Under the pieces are notes generated by a model, which did no database searches, was not told the DNA's origin, and worked only from the letters and a program-made list of their open reading frames with translations. DNA of 32,053 bases. Source: Oxalobacter sp. GTDB lineage: Bacteria; Pseudomonadota; Gammaproteobacteria; Burkholderiales; Burkholderiaceae_D. Shown piece by piece: positions 10,016-17,616 of this stretch (the stretch's first letter is position 1; every line of letters starts with the position of its first letter). Position numbers and translations under genes: made by a program. The stretch covers positions 1 through 32,053 of the forward strand of contig JBJEXA010000166.1 in NCBI GenBank assembly GCA_051885335.1. Direction: 5' to 3'.

Positions 10016-11314
10016 GTGAATATCATGTCTTTCGACCAACTTTCTGCATTCCTGCAATCGCTTGCTGAGCCCCATCTTCTGTTTGATATGGAATACCGGA
10101 TTATCAGTGTCAATCCTGCCTTCCGGAAATATTGCAACCCGCAGAGTTCTGTCGTTGGAAAAACCTGTTATGAAGTCTCCCATGGATATGGCCTGCCCTG
10201 TGACCGTTCCGGCGAATCATGCCCACTGAAAAAAAGTCTGGAATCTGGCAAAACAGAACATGTGCTTCATATGCACAATACGCCTGAAGGCGAAGAATAC
10301 GTCAGCATCACGCTGACCCCTATCAAAAACACCCAATCAGAAATCATTGGTTTTGTGGAGAAAATCAATCCACTTAAAACTGTCAGGCGTATCCCTTCTG
10401 ATCAACTGAAAGGCATTTCTGTTCCATTCCAGGAAATGATGCATCTGCTTGATAAAGCGGCATCTTCTGATATCACAGTCTTGATTGAAGGAGAAACCGG
10501 CACAGGTAAAAATGCCTGTGCCCAGTATCTGCACCAATCCGGAAAACGATGTGCCGCACCATGCATCATCATTGATTGTCCCAGTCTGACAGACAGCCGG
10601 TTTGAAGAGTCGTTCTTTGGTCAGAAATCCCTTGACAGGACACATAGGAATTCAAAGACCAAAGAAGCCAAGGGCATCCTTGAGACTGCCGATGGCGGAA
10701 CATTGTTCTTGAATAATGTTTCAGGCTTATCGCCTTATCTCCAGGCAAGGATGACCAATCTGTTGGAAACGTATATCTACAATCATGCGGAAACCAGCAA
10801 CGTCCAGAAGACCGATATCAGGATCATTGCCTCCAGTTCATGCTCCTTGCAGAAACGTGTAGAACAAGGACTTTTCCGAGAAGATCTGTATCATCATCTG
10901 AACCGTTTTCCCATTATCCTGCCCGCATTGCGTGACAGACCGGAAGACATCCCTTTCCTCAGCCAGGTTTTCCTGAAACAGTTTTCAGACGATCATTCCA
11001 TCACCTTGTCTGATGAAGCCAGCTACGCTTTGCAGACTTATGCTTATCCCGGCAATATCCGGGAACTGAAAGCCATCGTTGAACGGGCCCGCCTGCTCTG
11101 TGATTCTCAAACCATCCAGCCAGAACATCTGCGGCTTCCTGAAAACACGGTAATCCCTGTAACGCAGGAAACCATTCCCCATCCTCCAGACAGAATGTCT
11201 CAACTGCTTGTCCACTTCAAAGGCAACCGAAAGAATCTGGCAAAACATCTTGGCATCAGCGAACGCACCCTTTACAGGAAACTGGCCCGATTGAAAGAAA
11301 ATCCATCGGTCTGA
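10016..11314 (+). CDS. PAS-AAA+-Fis HTH regulator of the sigma54-activator family, catalytically degenerate
   Basis: N-terminal PAS with C-x10-C-x6-C, Walker A GETGTGK, PGNIREL, C-terminal LAKHLGISERTLYRKL HTH. GAFTGA is absent and Walker B reads FLNN. Confidence 0.88.
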   Translation: MNIMSFDQLSAFLQSLAEPHLLFDMEYRIISVNPAFRKYCNPQSSVVGKTCYEVSHGYGLPCDRSGESCPLKKSLESGKTEHVLHMHNTPEGEEYVSITLTPIKNTQSEIIGFVEKINPLKTVRRIPSDQLKGISVPFQEMMHLLDKAASSDITVLIEGETGTGKNACAQYLHQSGKRCAAPCIIIDCPSLTDSRFEESFFGQKSLDRTHRNSKTKEAKGILETADGGTLFLNNVSGLSPYLQARMTNLLETYIYNHAETSNVQKTDIRIIASSSCSLQKRVEQGLFREDLYHHLNRFPIILPALRDRPEDIPFLSQVFLKQFSDDHSITLSDEASYALQTYAYPGNIRELKAIVERARLLCDSQTIQPEHLRLPENTVIPVTQETIPHPPDRMSQLLVHFKGNRKNLAKHLGISERTLYRKLARLKENPSV

Positions 11315-11336
11315 CAGTCATTCACAGCATGAATGC

Positions 11337-11364
11337 TTGATTTAAACAAGCTATCTTGTAAAAT
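11337..11364 (+). promoter_or_regulatory. Putative sigma70 promoter of frc
   Basis: TTGATT-16 nt-TAAAAT; the -35 overlaps the palindrome GCTTG-N7-CAAGC. Confidence 0.45.
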
Positions 11365-11370
11365 ATAAGG

Positions 11371-11529
11371 GCTATACATAAAGCTTGTGCCGTTTTGGGG
11401 TTTTCTTCAAAACTGTGCAAACGGAAGGTAGTACTTTATGCTGTAAAGCGAAGCTTTCTTCCCATAAGGCTTCTCCAAGGAAGCCTGTGGGAAAAAACTG
11501 TAGTTGTACAACGACAAGGAAATTAAGAA
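11371..11529 (+). promoter_or_regulatory. Structured 5' leader of frc (candidate cis-regulatory RNA)
   Basis: Several nested complementary segments containing G-U pairs; detailed under findings. Confidence 0.45.
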
Positions 11530-12819
11530 ATGACTAAACCATTAGAAGGTATCAATGTTCTTGATATGACCCACGTTCAGGCAGGTCCTGCCTGTACCCA
11601 GATGATGGGTTTCCTGGGCGCAAACGTCATCAAGATTGAACGCCGTGGCTCCGGTGATATGACCCGTGGCTGGCTGCAGGACAAACCAGGTGTTGACTCC
11701 CTGTACTTCACCATGTTCAATGGTAACAAACGTTCCATCGAACTGGATATGAAATCTCCACAGGGTAAAGATGTTCTGACCAAACTGGTCAAACAGTCTG
11801 ACGTTCTGGTTGAAAACTTCGGCCCTGGTGTTCTGGACCGTCTGGGTTTCTCCTGGGAAAAAATCCAGGAACTGAACCCACGTATGATTGTTGCTTCCGT
11901 CAAGGGCTATGCAGAAGGTCATGCCAACGAACACCTGAAAGTTTATGAAAACGTTGCACAGTGTTCTGGCGGTGCAGCTGCTACCACCGGTTTCTGGGAT
12001 GGTCCTCCAACCGTTTCCGGTGCTGCTCTGGGTGACACCAACTCCGGTATGCACCTGCTGATCGGTATTCTGGCTGCCCTGCGTATGCGTGAAATCACTG
12101 GCAAAGGTCAGAAAGTCGCTTGCGCAATGCAGGACTGCGTTCTGAATCTGGTCCGTATCAAACTGCGTGACCAGCAGCGTCTGGAACGTACCGGTATTCT
12201 GGCTGAATACCCACAGGCACAGCCTAACTTTGCCTTCGACAAAGACGGCAACCCAATGTCTTTCGACAACATCGACTCTGTTCCACGTGGCGGTAACGCA
12301 GGTGGCGGCGGTCAGCCAGGCTGGATGCTGAAATGTAAACCAGCACACTCCGGTGACAATGACTGCTACGTTTACTTCACCATCGCTGCAAATATGTGGC
12401 CACAGATCTGCGATATGATCGACAAACCAGAATGGAAAGACGACCCAGCTTACAACACCTTTGAAGGCCGTGTTGACAAACTGATGGACATCTTCGCATT
12501 CATCGAAACCAAGTTTGTTGACAAGGATAAATTCGAAGTCACCAACTGGGCTGCTGAATATGGCATTCCATGCGGTCCTGTCATGTCCATGAAAGACCTG
12601 GCTGTCGATCCATCCCTGCGTAAAGTTGGTACCGTTGTTGAAGTCACCGACGAAGTCCGCGGTAATTACCTGACCGTTGGCGCACCATTCAAGTTCTCCG
12701 CTTTCAAACCAGAAATCACCCGTGCTCCATTGCTCGGTGAACACTCTGTTGAAATTCTGAAAGAACTGGGTTACAGCGACGCTGATGTTCAGTCCATGAA
12801 AGACAACGCTGTTATCTAA
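11530..12819 (+). CDS. frc: Formyl-CoA:oxalate CoA-transferase (class III CoA-transferase)
   Basis: [29 protein letters not shown], catalytic Asp in AALGD, tetraglycine loop [11 protein letters not shown]; closely resembles recalled O. formigenes Frc; strong high-expression codon bias; AAGGA RBS. Confidence 0.97.
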   Translation: MTKPLEGINVLDMTHVQAGPACTQMMGFLGANVIKIERRGSGDMTRGWLQDKPGVDSLYFTMFNGNKRSIELDMKSPQGKDVLTKLVKQSDVLVENFGPGVLDRLGFSWEKIQELNPRMIVASVKGYAEGHANEHLKVYENVAQCSGGAAATTGFWDGPPTVSGAALGDTNSGMHLLIGILAALRMREITGKGQKVACAMQDCVLNLVRIKLRDQQRLERTGILAEYPQAQPNFAFDKDGNPMSFDNIDSVPRGGNAGGGGQPGWMLKCKPAHSGDNDCYVYFTIAANMWPQICDMIDKPEWKDDPAYNTFEGRVDKLMDIFAFIETKFVDKDKFEVTNWAAEYGIPCGPVMSMKDLAVDPSLRKVGTVVEVTDEVRGNYLTVGAPFKFSAFKPEITRAPLLGEHSVEILKELGYSDADVQSMKDNAVI

Positions 12820-12841
12820 TAGCAGCTTCCTTTCTGTTGAG

Positions 12842-12868
12842 ACGGCACTCTTCGGAGTGCCGTTTTTC
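12842..12868 (+). terminator. Rho-independent terminator of frc
   Basis: ACGGCACTC-TTCG-GAGTGCCGT followed by a T run; cUUCGg tetraloop. Confidence 0.9.
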
Positions 12869-13007
12869 ATGTCTTTCTTCTTTCCTTCTCTATATCCGTT
12901 AAAGACAAAGAAATCTTTCAGCAGCAATACTTGCCTTCCAGAATCATTCAGGTGTTTTTGCTGTGTAATCTGGGATTTCTAAAACAGCCCTTTCATCATT
13001 CATTAGA

Positions 13008-13071
13008 TGTCAATGATTTCCGATATATGACATTTATGACAGTTTATGTCAGTTTTTGACATAAACTGTCA
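13008..13071. promoter_or_regulatory. Phased TGACA/TGTCA operator array
   Basis: TGTCA 13008, TGACA 13028, TGACA 13037, TGTCA 13047, TGACA 13057, TGTCA 13067; includes a perfect 15-bp inverted repeat spanning 13037-13071. Confidence 0.7.
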
Positions 13072-13223
13072 GTATTAATAAAGAAAAATTTATCTAATTG
13101 ACTTTAAATAAATCAAATAATATTTTGTTTTAACAGATAATTTATTTTTATTAAAAAAATAGTTGTGTCCTAGGAAAATACGTTATCATTTACACAATCC
13201 TTAACTCCCTCGAAGAGCCCATC

Positions 13224-14183
13224 ATGTCTAAAGCTGTTGAAAATGCCTGTGGATGCGAAGAACAGCCATCCAACATCACCCTTCTTGTTGACAATAAAGC
13301 CGGTGAAGGTCTGTCCTGTGTGCATGGCTTCGCCGCTTGGATCAAGATCCGAGACCGCCGTATCCTGTTTGACACTGGTCAGAAAGGGGTCATCCTGAAC
13401 AATGCGAAAGTGCTGGGTATTGATCTGGCTGAAGCAGAAGCCTTGGTCATGAGCCATGGTCATGATGACCATACTGACAACCTGGCAGATTTTTATGCCA
13501 TCAATCCATCAACACCGATGTACTGCGGCGCAAATATCGAGTTGGACCGTTTCTGTTGCCGCCCCGGGGAAGATGCCAAGAATTGGTCTCCTCCACCCAG
13601 TGCGAAGCGCGTCCTCAGTAACCTGTCTTTTCTGGGGTTGCGGCATGTCTTGGACAAGCCGTTATATCTGCTGCCAGGAGTCGGTGTCACGGGACCAGTT
13701 CCCCGTCTGACAGACTTTGAGGATGTTGGAGATGCCCTTTTCCTGGATGCTGAAGCTACCCGGCCTGATCCTGTTTCCGATGATATGTCGATGTGGTTTG
13801 AGACCAGCAAGGGACTGGTCATTCTGCTTGGCTGCTGCCATTCCGGTATCGTCAATACTGTCAACTATATCCGGCAGGTTTCCGGCATCGAGAAAATCAG
13901 CGGTATTGTCGGTGGTATGCACTTGATTCGGGCATCAGCATATCGGATGAACAAAACGCTTGAAGCGATGAAAAGCTGGCATATGGATTGGATGATTCCA
14001 TGTCACTGTACCGGTGACAAGGCTATGCAGCAGATGCAGGCTTATCTGGGTAGCGACATTGTCACTTTCGGACATACCGGTATCGTCATTGATCTCGGTG
14101 AAATGCCACGGAATACAACAGGTGCTTATTATGAACTGTGCCATGGCGGCTGTGGATGCGGTGGCGGTTGTGGATGCGCCTGA
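13224..14183 (+). CDS. Metallo-beta-lactamase-fold hydrolase (COG1237-like) with Cys-rich termini
   Basis: LLVDN, HGF, LFDTG, SHGHDDH (HxHxDH), GCCHSG, GGMHL, PCHCTG; N-terminal CGC and C-terminal CHGGCGCGGGCGCA. Confidence 0.85.
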   Translation: MSKAVENACGCEEQPSNITLLVDNKAGEGLSCVHGFAAWIKIRDRRILFDTGQKGVILNNAKVLGIDLAEAEALVMSHGHDDHTDNLADFYAINPSTPMYCGANIELDRFCCRPGEDAKNWSPPPSAKRVLSNLSFLGLRHVLDKPLYLLPGVGVTGPVPRLTDFEDVGDALFLDAEATRPDPVSDDMSMWFETSKGLVILLGCCHSGIVNTVNYIRQVSGIEKISGIVGGMHLIRASAYRMNKTLEAMKSWHMDWMIPCHCTGDKAMQQMQAYLGSDIVTFGHTGIVIDLGEMPRNTTGAYYELCHGGCGCGGGCGCA

Positions 14184-14251
14184 TGATGTTTTTCTTTAAC
14201 TTTTCTATTGGGTGATACTCAATTTCCTGCTCCTTGTCGTTGTATCCATCC

Positions 14252-14287
14252 CAACAAAAAGCCGACCATCAGGTCGGCTTTTTGTTG
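14252..14287. terminator. Bidirectional terminator between the convergent MBL and HDAC genes
   Basis: CAACAAAAAGCCGACC-ATCA-GGTCGGCTTTTTGTTG, a perfect 16-bp stem with A/T tracts on both sides. Confidence 0.9.
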
Positions 14288-14304
14288 TTGGCTGTAACAG
14301 CAGA

Positions 14305-15615
14305 TTACTCTTCAACCGTATAGCTGTCGTTATCACGGTCTTGGAGGAATGTCTGGAAAAAGCCTTCTTCACGGCCTTTTTCAAATTCTTCCGTTGCCCA
14401 TTTACGGCAGGCACTGCAACAATGGCGTGGCAGATGGACTGCCTTGATACGGCTGCGGCGACCGGTATCCGCCTTGGACTCGATGACAACCGCCCCACTG
14501 CATTCCTTACAGGTCCTGACAGTTTCTGTCTGGGTTTCACGGATGTAGTCGGTATCATAGAAAATACTGCGGTTACGGGTATGGAATGGCTTGTCAGGAT
14601 AAGCCCGACGGCGCAGGACTTCCTTGTTCTTCCAGGCTTCCAGCGTATAGTCTTTCAGCTGTTTCAGATAGCTGGTGATATGCTGGGACTGTATCTGGTC
14701 ACGCGCACTGTAATCCGGTTCCTTGATATGGCTGTAATCCAAACCTGCCATCGCCAGGATGATGCCGGTATTGATGTAAGGCAATGCACTCTCAATTGAA
14801 TACCCGCCTTCCAGAACCGCCAGATGCGGTTGCAGGCGGTCATTCAGCACCGCATAACCATGGGCAGTGAATTTCATGTTGGTGATCGGATCGGAATAAT
14901 GGTTATCCTGCCCTGCTGAGTTCACAATCAAATCCGGCTTGAAGTCATCCAGCAATGGCATGACGATATTATCCAGCACATACAGGAACCCTTCCTCGCA
15001 GGTTTCAGGCGGCATCGGCAGATTGACGATGGAACCATAGGCATTCGGACCACCTGCTTCATCCGGGAAACCGGAGCCTGGATAGAGCGTTCTGCCATCC
15101 TGATGCATTGAGATGAACAGAGTATCTGGGTCATGCCAGAAAATATCCTGGGAACCATCACCATGATGGCAGTCGGTATCGACCACAGCGATTTTCTTTA
15201 CCCCATATTTCTGGCGGATATATTCAATCATGATGGCTTCCATATTCAGCGTACAGAAACCACGACTGCCATGGACAACCCGGAATGAATGGTGTCCACA
15301 AGGACGCACCAGGGCGAAAGCATTGTCCACCTCACCGGTCATCACTTTGTCTGCGGCAGTCAGTGTGCCACCAACGGAAATCAGATGGGAGGTATGGACA
15401 ATCTCATCAATGCCTGGCACGCAGAAATGAACACGATTGATGTCGGCCGGCGTCGCCAGGTCAGGCTTGTATTCTTTGACGTTGTCGAAATCGAGAAGAC
15501 CTTCTTCGACCACCTGGTCCTGTGTATAAAGAAGGCGTTCTTCACGTTCTGGATGGGTCGGCGTAATCGCATAGTCATATGCCGGGAAAAAAACCAGTCC
15601 TGTTTTCTTTTTCAC
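14305..15615 (-). CDS. Histone deacetylase-family Zn amidohydrolase with C-terminal Cys cluster
   Basis: HPE..ERL, RPCGHH, GFC, DTDCHHGDG, SMHQ...YPGSG, SAGQD.H..DP, LEGGY; tail with CKEC...CCSAC; GTG start with AAGGAG RBS. Confidence 0.9.
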   Translation of the reverse strand: MKKKTGLVFFPAYDYAITPTHPEREERLLYTQDQVVEEGLLDFDNVKEYKPDLATPADINRVHFCVPGIDEIVHTSHLISVGGTLTAADKVMTGEVDNAFALVRPCGHHSFRVVHGSRGFCTLNMEAIMIEYIRQKYGVKKIAVVDTDCHHGDGSQDIFWHDPDTLFISMHQDGRTLYPGSGFPDEAGGPNAYGSIVNLPMPPETCEEGFLYVLDNIVMPLLDDFKPDLIVNSAGQDNHYSDPITNMKFTAHGYAVLNDRLQPHLAVLEGGYSIESALPYINTGIILAMAGLDYSHIKEPDYSARDQIQSQHITSYLKQLKDYTLEAWKNKEVLRRRAYPDKPFHTRNRSIFYDTDYIRETQTETVRTCKECSGAVVIESKADTGRRSRIKAVHLPRHCCSACRKWATEEFEKGREEGFFQTFLQDRDNDSYTVEE

Positions 15616-15630
15616 GGAAGGCTCCTTTCT

Positions 15631-17292
15631 TTATTTCGATTCATCTTTGATCAGACCCGGTTTAACCTGGAGTCTGACACGCATGTTCTTACCGGTGGTC
15701 GAATAGCCACGGACTACGTTGAAGACCTGTCTGTCTGCGACCTCAACCTCGATATCCTGGTCTTTTGCCCCTGCCTGTTTCGCCCGGGCAATCAGCTTCT
15801 CAGTACCCAGTGCAATCGCATCATCCACGGTAAAGCGCCTTGAAATTTCCTGCTGGATACCTTCTTCAGCAATACTCAGGACCTGTGCTTCTGTATCGGC
15901 AACCAGATTCAATTCAACCGTCGTACGGGCTGTTGCCGCACCACTGGCATTGATGACATCAGAATCGTCCGGAACAACAGCTGGAATACCCAGCATCTTG
16001 CCGATACGTTCTGCCATATACGGTGCCGGGCCACCGACAACCAGTACTTCCTTCGGTCCAATCTTTCTGCCTTCCAACAGTTCATGGATGGTATAGACAG
16101 GCTTGCTGTTGATTTCTTCCAGCATCGCATTGACCTTATCGACAATCAGCCGGCATGCCAGGTCAACCACCTGGTCTGCCACAGCTTCGGGTGTTGTATT
16201 GCCATCAGCCGCCAGCTGCTTCATCGCTTCCATGGCCTTTGCCTTGTCACCGATATCAGCAATGCCCAGGACAATCAGCGCATCTGTTGTTGTTGGTACT
16301 GGACCACCAAACGCCATGGCCGCTCCTTTGCGTCTAGGTCCCAACAACAGGGTGCCATTCTCAAAACGGACATGACTGTCACCGCCCACCCCAATGGAAT
16401 GGGTCAGCAGCCCACGGACAGATGTCTTGTGGCCTTCAATCGTGATGCCCTGCGGTTCCAGCAGGGGAACGCCATCAGCGAACAATGCGATATCGGTTGT
16501 GGTACCCCCAATATCCACTGAAACAGAATCTTTTTCGGTTGTCACATGTGGTAAGACACCCATGATGGTTGCGGCAGGACCGGACAAGATGGTCTGGACA
16601 GGCGTTTCACGGGAGGAATCCACATCAATGGTGCCGCCGTCCGCTTTCAGGATATACAACGGTACGTTGACACCGATCTTATCCATATAAATCCGAAGCT
16701 GGTCTGCCAGTTTCTGCTGGAGCGTCCAGACCGCTTCATTCAGGTAAGTGGTTGAAATACGACGTGGAAAATTCAATGCACCGGAAAGCTGATGACTCTG
16801 GGAAGCATGTTCTGCCAGATCACGCATGACCTCATTGACTTCTTTTTCATGTGCTGGATTACGGGTAGAAAACTTGCCGATAATGGCAAAATGCCGGATG
16901 CCGTCTTTCCTGAACTTTTCTTTCAGGCCGTTCAGTTCACTGTTGTTCGGTGCCTCAGCCTCGATACCACGGTGGCTCATGTAACCGGTCACATAATTCG
17001 CCAGGTCTGTCAGAGGCAGGTCTTTCGGGGAAACCCCAGGACCGTTCATGACAATCAGACCGACATTGTCGAGCTGGTTCTGAACCACTGCATTGGTCGT
17101 CAGTGTTGTTGACAGGACGATACGCTGCAGGTTCTTAAGGTCTTCGGGTTTTGCGACAGCTTCAGTCGCCATCAGGACAGACTTGAGAATGTTTTCCTTA
17201 TCAGTCAGCACTTTGGATTTACGGACAATCGTTCGACCTTCCATCAAGACCGAATCGGTATGCGTACCCCCAACATCAATGCCAAGGATCAT
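15631..17292 (-). CDS. Hydantoinase/oxoprolinase A-family ATPase (ASKHA fold)
   Basis: GIDVGGTHTD, STTL.TN, ILSGPAA, DIGGTTTD, GVGGDS, PTTTDA; AAGGAG RBS 6 nt before the ATG at 17292; 15 nt from the HDAC gene. Confidence 0.88.
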   Translation of the reverse strand: MILGIDVGGTHTDSVLMEGRTIVRKSKVLTDKENILKSVLMATEAVAKPEDLKNLQRIVLSTTLTTNAVVQNQLDNVGLIVMNGPGVSPKDLPLTDLANYVTGYMSHRGIEAEAPNNSELNGLKEKFRKDGIRHFAIIGKFSTRNPAHEKEVNEVMRDLAEHASQSHQLSGALNFPRRISTTYLNEAVWTLQQKLADQLRIYMDKIGVNVPLYILKADGGTIDVDSSRETPVQTILSGPAATIMGVLPHVTTEKDSVSVDIGGTTTDIALFADGVPLLEPQGITIEGHKTSVRGLLTHSIGVGGDSHVRFENGTLLLGPRRKGAAMAFGGPVPTTTDALIVLGIADIGDKAKAMEAMKQLAADGNTTPEAVADQVVDLACRLIVDKVNAMLEEINSKPVYTIHELLEGRKIGPKEVLVVGGPAPYMAERIGKMLGIPAVVPDDSDVINASGAATARTTVELNLVADTEAQVLSIAEEGIQQEISRRFTVDDAIALGTEKLIARAKQAGAKDQDIEVEVADRQVFNVVRGYSTTGKNMRVRLQVKPGLIKDESK

Positions 17293-17554
17293 AAGCATCT
17301 CCTTAAATGTGGTGCTATGGAGGATTTCATCAATGAGAATCTAACCATATCGTTTTTGAATGTGTTAAATCGGGTGGAAGCCATGGAAAACGTCCCAGGA
17401 AGTTACTGCTGCCTGCCCTCTTCCCAGACCATCTGGCTTATTGGCAACATCTTTACATTGTATCATCCATCAAGAAAACATCGTTCAGTTTTCATGGATA
17501 TTTCCAGAGAAATCACGGCTGTCGCCCAGCTCTGCAGCTGACTGGAAACAGCAA

Positions 17555-17580
17555 TGGCATTGCCATATCTGGCAATGCCA
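17555..17580 (-). terminator. Hairpin downstream of rsmB (terminator or operator)
   Basis: TGGCATTGCCA-TATC-TGGCAATGCCA, a perfect 11-bp inverted repeat with a weak U tail. Confidence 0.5.
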
Positions 17581-17616
17581 CCGTTTGAAAACAGCCCCGA
17601 CACAACCAGGTATTGC

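Noticed and set aside
11335-11351. GCTTGATTTAAACAAGC as an FNR site at the frc promoter
   Set aside because: One base short of TTGAT-N4-ATCAA with an imperfect right arm; kept only as an unassigned palindrome.
11542-12927. 461-aa antisense ORF spanning frc
   Set aside because: Expected shadow of strong codon bias in a highly expressed gene; no recognisable motifs.
13008-13071. Repeat arrays here and at 25607-25651 as CRISPR or iteron arrays
   Set aside because: Units are too short, have no unique spacers, and no cas or rep genes are nearby.
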